Assembly: GCA_043821645.1 (NCBI GenBank)
Contig: JBDRCO010000107.1
Location: forward strand, 1 to 18,684
DNA length: 18,684 nucleotides
Direction: 5' to 3'
DNA from: Pseudomonadota bacterium
Lineage (GTDB): Bacteria; Myxococcota; JACRCW01; JAFGSX01
Shown here: positions 1-7,506 of the stretch, piece by piece
How positions within the stretch are numbered: position 1 is the first letter of the stretch
Layout: each line of letters starts with the position of its first letter
The notes under the pieces: generated by a model
Database searches by the model: none
What the model was told of the DNA's origin: nothing
Seen by the model: the letters and a program-made list of their open reading frames with translations, nothing else
Made by a program: the position numbers and the translations under genes

Positions 1-1278
1 ATCGACAAGGCGCTGGCCGCTGCTCCGAGCTCGTTCAAGCTGTACGACGTGTTGGGCCGCGAAACGCACGATATGTGCGGTGACAATGTACACTTCACCC
101 CGGGCTCGGCGGCGATCAATATCCTCGACGACGAGGCCGACAAGACGCGGCCGCCCACTACCGCGGATTACGTCAACTACGTCAAGGTCGTCAGCCAGCT
201 CGACAACATCGCGTCCCAGAGCACGGCGGTTGTACCGGCCGACGTGCATCAGAACATCTCCGACAGCTACAGGTTGTACCTTAGCCTCATGTTCTGTGAG
301 AAGGCGGTCGTTACCGGGACCTTCACCATCGACGCCTTCAACGTCATGAAGGATCTTCAGCTCGCGGTACGGGGCGGCGAGGCGGAGCTAAAGGACAAGC
401 CGCTTACCGTATTCTCGTGCTGTCCCACCGCACCGCTGAAATGGAGTGACGTTACCTCGCAGAACGTGGTCGATTGCGCCCGCTATTCGATCCCCGTCGA
501 ATACATATCGATGCCCTTGTCGGGCTTCGTCGCCCCGGTAACACTGGTGGGGTCGCTCGTGCAGCACACGGCTGAGACGTTAAGCGGTATCATCATAAGC
601 CAGTTAACGAACCCGGGTACGCCCGTGCTCTACGGCGGCTCGCCGGCCATCTTCGACGTTCGTTATGAGACGACACCTATGGGTGCGGTGGAGACCATGA
701 TGATGGACTGCGCCTACAACGAGATCGGCAAGCACCTGGGCGTGCCGACCCAGGCCTACATCGGTCTGTCCGACGCCAAGCGCCTCGACGCCCAGGCGGG
801 AATGGAGACCACCATGGGCGCCACCCTGGCGGCGCTCAGCGGCATCAACAACATCTCGGGCCCGGGCATGCTCGACTTCGAGAGCGCGTTTTCCCTCGAC
901 AAGCTGGTGCTGGATAACGAGATCTGCGGCATGGCCCTGCGCCTGACTCGCGGCATCGAGCCTCGCGACGATTTTCCGGCGCGGCCACACTTCGAGGAGC
1001 TGCTGCGCGAGGGACACCTGCTCATCGCGAAGCACACCCGACGTCATCTCAAGGCCGAGCTGCACTATCCGGGTCCGCTGATCGATCGCATGAACAGCGC
1101 GCGCTACCGCGAGGAGGGCAGCCGTGATCTGCAGGCCCGGGCTCGCTCCGAGGTGGAGCGCCTGCTCGCCACCTGGCAGCCGCCAGCGCTCGATGAGGCC
1201 ACCCGGGCGGCCCTGGGCGAGCGCATGCTGGTCGAGCTCAAGCGCCACGGCATGGACCAGCTGCCGGAGCTGGCGTGA
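1..1278 (+). CDS. Trimethylamine methyltransferase (MttB) superfamily protein, non-pyrrolysine; 5'-truncated by the window edge
   Basis: Frame 1 is open from base 1 (IDKALAAAPSSFKLYD...), so the GTG at 49 is not the true start. MttB-type motifs: APVTLVGSLVQHTAETLSG, PGTPVLYG, GAVET, SDAKRLDAQAGMET, GMLDFESAFSLDKLVLDNE. No in-frame TAG. Confidence 0.9.
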   Translation: MDKALAAAPSSFKLYDVLGRETHDMCGDNVHFTPGSAAINILDDEADKTRPPTTADYVNYVKVVSQLDNIASQSTAVVPADVHQNISDSYRLYLSLMFCEKAVVTGTFTIDAFNVMKDLQLAVRGGEAELKDKPLTVFSCCPTAPLKWSDVTSQNVVDCARYSIPVEYISMPLSGFVAPVTLVGSLVQHTAETLSGIIISQLTNPGTPVLYGGSPAIFDVRYETTPMGAVETMMMDCAYNEIGKHLGVPTQAYIGLSDAKRLDAQAGMETTMGATLAALSGINNISGPGMLDFESAFSLDKLVLDNEICGMALRLTRGIEPRDDFPARPHFEELLREGHLLIAKHTRRHLKAELHYPGPLIDRMNSARYREEGSRDLQARARSEVERLLATWQPPALDEATRAALGERMLVELKRHGMDQLPELA

Positions 1279-2048
1279 GCACGGTGCAGGTCGAGATCCC
1301 GCTGGCAGACATCCTGCCGTCGCGAGCCGCGGTGCTCGCAAGCCAGGGCATCGTGGCGGAGAACCTGGCTCCGGCGCGCATCCTCGCCCTGGCAGACCAG
1401 GCCCTCGCGCTGCTCGGCGAGCAAGTCCAGGCGCGCGGGCTGTGGCGGCGTGTCGATGCCTCGACCCTGTCCCGGGTGTACGAGGGCCAGGGCCGCAACG
1501 CGCCGGGTCCCATTCTCGACGTGGCCAGGCAGGCGCTGCACCAGGTGCTGTTCGTGGTGACCCTGGGCCAGCGTGTGTGCGACGCCATCGCGGCCCTGTT
1601 CGCGGCTCACGACTTTGCCCTGGCCAGCTTTCTTGACGGTGCGGCGAGCGAGATGGCGGACCGGGCCTCGACCTGGATGGAGTGGCAGGCGGCCCAGGCC
1701 CTGGGGGCCGAGCACGATCCCGGGCACCTGGTGCTGGCCTACAGCCCTGGCTACTGCGGCTGGCATCTCAGCGGCCAGGCCGCGCTGTTCGATCAGCTCG
1801 AGCCCGCCACCATTGGCGTGCAGCTCACCGAGAGCTTCCTGATGTCGCCGGTCAAGTCGGTGTCGGGCGTGCTGCTCGATGGACCTCCGGCCATCCATCG
1901 CATCGAGGCGCGCTACGGCTTCTGCGCGAACTGCCGCAGCAGGTCCTGCGTGGTGCGACGACGATTCATCGACGATCCTGAAGCCCGCAAGGAGATCCAC
2001 GACCATGACAGAACTGACGGCAGTCGCGCAGGCGATCGAGGCCGGTGA
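1275..2048 (+). CDS. Stand-alone B12-dependent methionine synthase activation (AdoMet-binding reactivation) domain protein
   Basis: Motifs FVVTLG, YSPGYCGW and IGVQLTESFLMSPVKSVSG match the MetH C-terminal domain. GTGA overlap with the upstream stop. C-terminal CxxCxxxxC. Confidence 0.85.
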   Translation: MSTVQVEIPLADILPSRAAVLASQGIVAENLAPARILALADQALALLGEQVQARGLWRRVDASTLSRVYEGQGRNAPGPILDVARQALHQVLFVVTLGQRVCDAIAALFAAHDFALASFLDGAASEMADRASTWMEWQAAQALGAEHDPGHLVLAYSPGYCGWHLSGQAALFDQLEPATIGVQLTESFLMSPVKSVSGVLLDGPPAIHRIEARYGFCANCRSRSCVVRRRFIDDPEARKEIHDHDRTDGSRAGDRGR

Positions 2049-2640
2049 CGACGAGACTGTGGCCAGCCTGACCCGGCAGGCCCTCGATCAAGGAATGGGC
2101 GCCAAGCAGATCCTCGACCAGGGATTGCTCGCCGGGATGCAGGTGGTGGGAGAGAAGTTCCGTCGTCACGACATCTTCTTGCCCGATGTGTTGCTGGCGG
2201 CCAAGGCCCTGTACGCGGGTCTCGACATCGTCCGCCCCGCCCTCGAGGCCAACGACATCCCGGCCCGGGGTACCGTGGTCCTGGGCTCGGTGCAGGGTGA
2301 CCTGCACGACATCGGCAAGAACCTGGTGGGCATCATGTTGCGCGGCGCGGGCTTCGAGGTGGTGGACCTGGGGCACGACGTTCCTGCGGCCCGCTTCGTC
2401 GACACTGCCGTCGACAGGAGCGCGCGCATCATCGGCTGCTCGGCCCTGCTCACCACCACCATGCCGGTGATGAAGCAGGTGTCGGATCTCCTCCGGGAAC
2501 GCGGTCTCGCCGACAAGATCCACCTCATCGTGGGAGGCGCGCCGCTCAACGATGGCTTCGCCCGGGAGATCGGCGCCGCGGGCTATGGCTTCGACGCCAT
2601 GAAGGCGGTGCAGCTGTGCACCCGCCTGTGTGAGGCCTGA
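2005..2640 (+). CDS. Corrinoid (cobalamin-binding) methyl-carrier protein, MttC/MtbC-like
   Basis: ATG at 2005 follows AAGGAG (1989-1994). Cap domain GMQVVGEKF..IFLPDV; DxHxxG motif GDLHDIGKNLV; SALLTTT; VGGAP. Confidence 0.93.
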   Translation: MTELTAVAQAIEAGDDETVASLTRQALDQGMGAKQILDQGLLAGMQVVGEKFRRHDIFLPDVLLAAKALYAGLDIVRPALEANDIPARGTVVLGSVQGDLHDIGKNLVGIMLRGAGFEVVDLGHDVPAARFVDTAVDRSARIIGCSALLTTTMPVMKQVSDLLRERGLADKIHLIVGGAPLNDGFAREIGAAGYGFDAMKAVQLCTRLCEA

Positions 2641-2641
2641 G

Positions 2642-3529
2642 ATGAGCGAATTACAAGCGCGCCTGCGCGAGGGTCGTCCCGTGCTCCTCGACGGTGGCCT
2701 GGGGACACAGCTCATGGCGCGAGGCATGGCCGTGGGAGCCTGTACCGAGCTCATGGTGCTCGAGCACCCGGACTGGCTCGAGGACATCGCGCGCGCCTAC
2801 GCCGCGGCCGGTGCCGACGTGGTCACGGCCAACAGCTTTGGCGCCTCGCCGCTCAAGCTCAAGCGCTATGACCTGGATGCGCGGGCTGCCGAGCTCAACC
2901 GCATCGCGGTGGAGCTGGCGCGACGCGGCGGTGGCGACGAGGTGTGGATCGCCGGCGACGTGGGTCCCTCGGGCGAGCTGCTGCAGCCCTTTGGTGACGC
3001 TGCGCCCGGTGCCGTGCGCGCGAGCTATGTCGCGCAATGTCGCGCCCTGGCCGAGGCCGGAGTCGACCTGTTCATCGTCGAGACCATGATCGATCTCAAC
3101 GAGGCGGTGCTGGCGCTGGAGGCCGCGCGGGAAGTCGCTCCGGACCTGCCGGTGCTGGCCACCATGACCTTCGACGCCACGCCACGGGGCTTCTTCACGG
3201 TCATGGGCAATCCCGTGGACAAGGTCTGCGCCGCCCTGGCCGCCGCCGGTGCCGACGCCGTGGGCGCCAACTGCGGGCACGGGGGACGCACCCTGGTCGA
3301 GGTGGCGCGGGCCTTCGTGCAGCACAGCACTTTGCCTGTGGTCATACAGCCCAACGCCGGCCTGCCCGAGCTGGTCGATGGACAGGCCTGCTATCGCGAG
3401 ACGCCCGGGTTCCTGGTCGAGCGGGCGCGCGAGCTGCTGGACCTGGGCGTGCGCATCGTGGGCGGCTGCTGCGGCACCACCCCCGAGCACATCGCTGCCT
3501 TGCGCGCTCTCATCGACGAGCGCGGGTAG
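2642..3529 (+). CDS. Homocysteine S-methyltransferase family protein (MetH N-terminal / BHMT-like Zn domain)
   Basis: LLDGGLGTQL, GADVVTANSFG, VDLFIVET, Zn-ligand motifs GANCG and GGCCGTTPEHI, QPNAGLP. ATG at 2642 lies just after the upstream stop (alternative start 2630). Confidence 0.93.
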   Translation: MSELQARLREGRPVLLDGGLGTQLMARGMAVGACTELMVLEHPDWLEDIARAYAAAGADVVTANSFGASPLKLKRYDLDARAAELNRIAVELARRGGGDEVWIAGDVGPSGELLQPFGDAAPGAVRASYVAQCRALAEAGVDLFIVETMIDLNEAVLALEAAREVAPDLPVLATMTFDATPRGFFTVMGNPVDKVCAALAAAGADAVGANCGHGGRTLVEVARAFVQHSTLPVVIQPNAGLPELVDGQACYRETPGFLVERARELLDLGVRIVGGCCGTTPEHIAALRALIDERG

Positions 3530-3578
3530 ATTCGTTCCTCGTGCAACGTGGAACCTGGAATGCGGAACACAGGCCGCG

Positions 3579-4049
3579 CTACTGCCGCGCATCCTCGTCG
3601 GCGATGACGCGGTAGATGTCTTCGGCTGTCTGCGCCTCGAGCACGCGCTGGCGGAAACCGGCGTCCTTGAACAGGCGGGAGATCCGGGCCAGGGCCTTGA
3701 GGTGCAGGCCGGCCGAATTTTCTGGCGCCAGCAGCACGATGAAGATGCGCGATGGCTGGTTGTCGATGGCCGAGAAATCCAGCCCTTCGCGCTTGATGCC
3801 GAGGCAGGCCGAGATCCCGGGGAGTCCACCCAGCTTGCCATGCGGGATGGCCACGCCGTCGGAGATGCCGGTCGAGGCCAGGCGCTCGCGCTCGAGGAGA
3901 ACCTCGACCACCCGGCCGACGTCGCCCTCCTTGAGATGCTCGTCGCAGGTGACGAGGTGACCGGCGAGCTCGCGCAGCACGGAGGTCTTGTCGGCCGCCT
4001 CAAGCGACGCGATGACGCGGTCCGGCGTGATGAAATCGACGATTCTCAT
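3579..4049 (-). CDS. ptsN: PTS IIA(Ntr) nitrogen-regulatory protein
   Basis: ERE..STGI..GVAIPH phospho-His motif and HLKALARISRL; canonical position after rpoN-hpf. Confidence 0.9.
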   Translation of the reverse strand: MRIVDFITPDRVIASLEAADKTSVLRELAGHLVTCDEHLKEGDVGRVVEVLLERERLASTGISDGVAIPHGKLGGLPGISACLGIKREGLDFSAIDNQPSRIFIVLLAPENSAGLHLKALARISRLFKDAGFRQRVLEAQTAEDIYRVIADEDARQ

Positions 4050-4130
4050 GGCACAGGGGTCCCTCGAGAAGCGAGGACCTTGCCCCCTTCCGCAGCCCTG
4101 GTCAAGAGCCTTCGGACCTCGCGATCTCTC

Positions 4131-4715
4131 TCAGGAAGGAGCTCCTGCGGCGACCTCGGTACTGGCCTCGATGAGGCCGTAGGTGTCGTCCTTGCGGCGG
4201 AAGATGACGTTGATCTGGTTGGTGATGACGTTCTGGAACACCAGCAGATCGCTGTCCAGGAGATCCATCTGCATGACCGCTTCGTCCAGGGTCATGGGGG
4301 CGGTGAGGTACTCGTTGGTCTTCACCACCCGCGGCGGTGTGGCGTCCACCTGCACCTCGTCGTCCGAGCCCAGGCCTTCGATCACGTTGAAGCGCACCCG
4401 GAAGGGCGCGTCGGTCGCGCGCGGCTGGTGGCGCTTGAGCTTCTCGCGATAGCGCTTGAGCTGGCGCTCGATCTTCTCGATGGCGCGGTCGATCGAGGCG
4501 TACATGTCCTCGCTCTTCTCGGCGCCGCGGATCTGGACTCCGTTGGTGGTGATGCTGATGTCCGCCTTGTGCATGTACTTCTCGAGCGACAAGACGACGT
4601 GGGCATCGGTGGGTTTGTTGATGAACTTGACGATTTTCTGGACCTTGTCCGTGGCGTGGTCCTTGAGAGCCGGTGTGGCCTCCATCTGACGGAAGGTGAC
4701 GGAGACTTGCATCAT
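4131..4715 (-). CDS. hpf: Ribosome hibernation promoting factor, long form (RaiA/HPF plus C-terminal domain)
   Basis: DMYASIDRAIEKIERQLKRYREK and C-terminal PMTLDEAVMQMDLL...NVIFRRKDDTYGLI. SD AGGAGG at 4724-4719. Start is 4715 or 4712. Confidence 0.93.
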   Translation of the reverse strand: MMQVSVTFRQMEATPALKDHATDKVQKIVKFINKPTDAHVVLSLEKYMHKADISITTNGVQIRGAEKSEDMYASIDRAIEKIERQLKRYREKLKRHQPRATDAPFRVRFNVIEGLGSDDEVQVDATPPRVVKTNEYLTAPMTLDEAVMQMDLLDSDLLVFQNVITNQINVIFRRKDDTYGLIEASTEVAAGAPS

Positions 4716-4731
4716 CGACCTCCTGTGCAGA

Positions 4732-6360
4732 TCAGAAGATCTGCTTGCGCTTGGATGACGGGAGGATCCCCATCATCTCTCGATATTTCGCAACGGTGCG
4801 CCTGGCGATCTCGATCTTGCGATCGCGCAGCAGCTTGACGATCTGGGCGTCGGACAGCGGCCGCTTGGGGTCCTCGCCTCCGACGATCTCCTTGATGTGA
4901 TTCTTGACCGACTCGCTGGCGATGTCATCGCCGTCGGTACGCCGGATCGACGAGTTGAAGAAGTACTTCAGCTCGAAGATGCCCTGGGGTGTGTGCGCGT
5001 ACTTGTTGCTGGTGACGCGGCTGATGGTGGATTCGTGCATGCCGATGTCCCGGGCCACGTCCTGCAACACCATGGGACGCAGGTGTTGCGCGCCGCGCTC
5101 GAAGAAATCGCGCTGGTAGGTGAGGATGGACTCCATGACCCGGTAGATGGTGCGCTGGCGTTGGTGGATGGACCGGATGAGCCAGGTCGCCGAGCGCAAC
5201 TTGTCGCGGATGTAGGTCCGGGTCTCGCCCCGGGAGCGCGCCTCCTTGAGCTGGTTGCGATAGAAGCGGCTGATGCGCAGCTTGGGCAGACCGTCCTCGT
5301 TGAGCGTGATGGTGAACTCGTCGCCCACCTTCTGCACGAAGATGTCGGGCGTGATGTACTGGGCCTCGGGGGGGGCACCGCCGCTGGAGAACGAGCGCCC
5401 CGGCTTGGGTTCGAGCGCTTGCAGGATCTTGAGCGCCTCGCCCACGTCCTCGAGTGTGACCTTGAGCACCTTGACGATGTTCTTGAAGTTGCGGTTCTCG
5501 ATGTCCTTGAGGTGATCGCGCACCATCAGGAACACCAGGTCGTCGTCGTCGTAGCCCAGCACGTCGAGCTGCACCAGCAGGCAATCGCGCAGGTCCAGCG
5601 AGCACACGCCCACGGGATCGAAGCGCTGGATCTTGTGGCGCACGTTCTCGATCCACTCGATGGGTACCTCGAGCTCGTCGGCGACGATGGCCAGGGCGTG
5701 GGGCGGCGGCTCCGCTGCTGTTGCTTCCTGCGGGAGCTCCGCGGCGTTCGCCGGCGTGGCCTCCGCGGGAGCGCCCTCGGCGTCCGGCAGGGCCTCGGTC
5801 GCGAGCGCGTCCGGCGCACGGATCTGCTCGGGACCACTGGGTTCCCCGGCACCAAGCACCAGGTAGCCGTATTCGTTGATGTCACCGATCAGGCGGGCGC
5901 CAATCTCCTGCTCCAGCTCGTGCAGGGCGCTGAGCTTGAGCTGCCACAGCAGGTGCTCCTGCAGGGTCTCGGCCCGGGTGAGGGTCTGCTCGACTCCCGG
6001 CAATTCTTCCATGCCCGCGCGCACATTGGAGCCGGCGGGTTGGTAGGAGTAGCTGTCGGCCATGGCCTCCCAGGGGATGTCCAGGCCGCCGCCATCGCTC
6101 ACCGCTTCGACCCGGCCCTCGGACGGGGGCTCCGCCGGCGGCGCGCTGAACTGGCCCTCGGTGCCGCCCTGAACGGCTTCCACGTCGCCGGACTCTGCCC
6201 TGTCCTCGAGCACAGGATTCTCCAGCATCTGCTGGGTCACCATCTCGTTCAGCTCGAGGCGGTTGAGCTGCAACAGCTTGATGGCAAGCTGCAGCTGGGG
6301 TGTCATCACCAGTTGCTGGCTGAGCTTGAGGGACAGGTTCTGCTTGAGTTCGAGCGCCAT
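4732..6360 (-). CDS. rpoN: RNA polymerase sigma-54 factor
   Basis: Region I QQLVMTPQLQLAIKLLQL, HTH MHESTISRVT, RpoN box ARRTVAKYRE. Start placed at MALELKQ (ATG 6360). Confidence 0.98.
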   Translation of the reverse strand: MALELKQNLSLKLSQQLVMTPQLQLAIKLLQLNRLELNEMVTQQMLENPVLEDRAESGDVEAVQGGTEGQFSAPPAEPPSEGRVEAVSDGGGLDIPWEAMADSYSYQPAGSNVRAGMEELPGVEQTLTRAETLQEHLLWQLKLSALHELEQEIGARLIGDINEYGYLVLGAGEPSGPEQIRAPDALATEALPDAEGAPAEATPANAAELPQEATAAEPPPHALAIVADELEVPIEWIENVRHKIQRFDPVGVCSLDLRDCLLVQLDVLGYDDDDLVFLMVRDHLKDIENRNFKNIVKVLKVTLEDVGEALKILQALEPKPGRSFSSGGAPPEAQYITPDIFVQKVGDEFTITLNEDGLPKLRISRFYRNQLKEARSRGETRTYIRDKLRSATWLIRSIHQRQRTIYRVMESILTYQRDFFERGAQHLRPMVLQDVARDIGMHESTISRVTSNKYAHTPQGIFELKYFFNSSIRRTDGDDIASESVKNHIKEIVGGEDPKRPLSDAQIVKLLRDRKIEIARRTVAKYREMMGILPSSKRKQIF

Positions 6361-6414
6361 GGGCCTGCAAGGGCGCACAAAAAACGTGCGCTTGGGTCAT
6401 CTTCAAAGCAGGTT

Positions 6415-6420
6415 ATTATA
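6415..6420 (-). promoter_or_regulatory. Putative sigma70-type -10 box (TATAAT) for rpoN-hpf-ptsN
   Basis: ATTATA on + is a perfect TATAAT on -, in an AT-rich intergenic patch about 55 nt upstream of the rpoN ATG. The -35 position (ATGCCT) is weak. Confidence 0.55.
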
Positions 6421-6450
6421 GGCGTGCAGCATGAAAAAGGCATCTGCCAA

Positions 6451-7449
6451 ATGAGACTTGATCCGGCTGATCTCGGGACCCCACTTGCCGACGCAGGCAG
6501 CAGCAGCCTGCGCCACGCGCTCGTCTGCACTCTGCTCGTCGCCAGCCTCACCGCTTGCCCGGACAAGGCCCGCCCCGGGACGCCCGAAAGACCGTTGCGT
6601 CTGATGCTGTTTCCGGCCAGCAGCGGACCCCAGTTGCAGGAGGCGCGGCAGACCCTGGCCCGGTTCCTGAGCGAGCGCACGGGCCTGCAGGTGGTGACCC
6701 GTGAGCCGGTGGATTCCTTCGATGCGGTGCAGCAGCTGGGCTCGGGCCAGGTCGACGCGGCCCTGCTCAATGATCTGAGCTTCTTGCTGGCCGAGGACAC
6801 CTATCGCGTGCAGGCACGGCTGCGGATGCTGCGCCAGGGCGGCTCCGAGCACCGGGCACAGATCATCGTGCATCGCGACGCAGGCTTTGCCAGCCCGACG
6901 GCCCTGCATGGCAAGCGCGTGGCCTATGTCGATCCCTACTCCATGACCGGTTTCGTGCTGGTGGCTCACCTGCTGCGGCAACACGGCGTCGAGCCCGGGA
7001 GCACCAGCTTCGTGGGCTCCCACCTCGAGGCCGTGCGCCAGGTGCTGTCGGGCGATGCCGATGCGGCGGCCACCTACGTCGACGAGTCGCTGGGTCCGGG
7101 TCTGCCAGGCGATCTGCGGGCCGGGCTCCTGCCGCGCTTCCCGGACGCCGCCGATCGTCTGATCTCTCTGGCCACCACCGTGGCCGTGCCCAATGAGCCG
7201 GTGGCTTTCACCCGGGGTCTGGATGAGGACCTGGTGCAGAGGCTGTGTGCGGCCCTCAAGGCCGCGGCGAGCGATCCCGCAGCTCTGCAGGCCCTGCAGG
7301 CCCTGGGGAACGTCGGTGGTTTCGTCGATGCCCGAGGCGAGGACTACGCCCAGCTGCGACTCATGCTCGGCAGCCTGGGCAAGAATGTCGACGACGGCGT
7401 GCCAGGTGGCTGGAAGCTGAAGCTGCGCACGGCTGATAGCGTTCGCTGA
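6451..7449 (+). CDS. PhnD-like phosphate/phosphite/phosphonate ABC substrate-binding protein, probable lipoprotein
   Basis: LSERTGLQV, GQVDAALL, LHGKRVAYVDPYSMTG, GSHLEAVRQVLSGDADAAA, VPNEP. Hydrophobic stretch ending in lipobox LTAC. Start uncertain. Confidence 0.8.
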   Translation: MRLDPADLGTPLADAGSSSLRHALVCTLLVASLTACPDKARPGTPERPLRLMLFPASSGPQLQEARQTLARFLSERTGLQVVTREPVDSFDAVQQLGSGQVDAALLNDLSFLLAEDTYRVQARLRMLRQGGSEHRAQIIVHRDAGFASPTALHGKRVAYVDPYSMTGFVLVAHLLRQHGVEPGSTSFVGSHLEAVRQVLSGDADAAATYVDESLGPGLPGDLRAGLLPRFPDAADRLISLATTVAVPNEPVAFTRGLDEDLVQRLCAALKAAASDPAALQALQALGNVGGFVDARGEDYAQLRLMLGSLGKNVDDGVPGGWKLKLRTADSVR

Positions 7450-7465
7450 GGATCGGCTCCTCTCA

Positions 7466-7506
7466 CCCACCACACCTGCGGTGGGCGACGCAGACCTGCC
7501 GGGTCT
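7466..7506. terminator. Hairpins between convergent genes, possible terminator
   Basis: CCCACC(7466-71)/GGTGGG(7480-85) and AGACC(7492-96)/GGTCT(7502-06). No clear U-tract. Confidence 0.3.

Noticed and set aside
1-1278. Pyrrolysine recoding in the MttB homologue
   Set aside because: No in-frame TAG in the visible part, Leu at the expected site, and no pyl genes in the window.
4050-4130. Internal ptsN promoter (TTGACC on - at 4105-4100)
   Set aside because: The matching -10 position (CAAGGT) is poor.
3249-4838. 529-aa ORF and other long overlapping ORFs (e.g. 8522-10246 -, 2651-4003 -, 15959-17302 +)
   Set aside because: Antisense or off-frame shadows of well-supported genes, expected in high-GC DNA; no motifs.
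6361-6480. Sigma-54 -24/-12 promoter near rpoN or the PhnD-like gene
   Set aside because: No convincing TGGCAC-N5-TTGC match found by eye on either strand.
4897-7449. 850-aa + strand ORF
   Set aside because: The first roughly 520 aa are the stop-free antisense shadow of rpoN plus intergenic DNA; only the part from about 6451 resembles a protein family.
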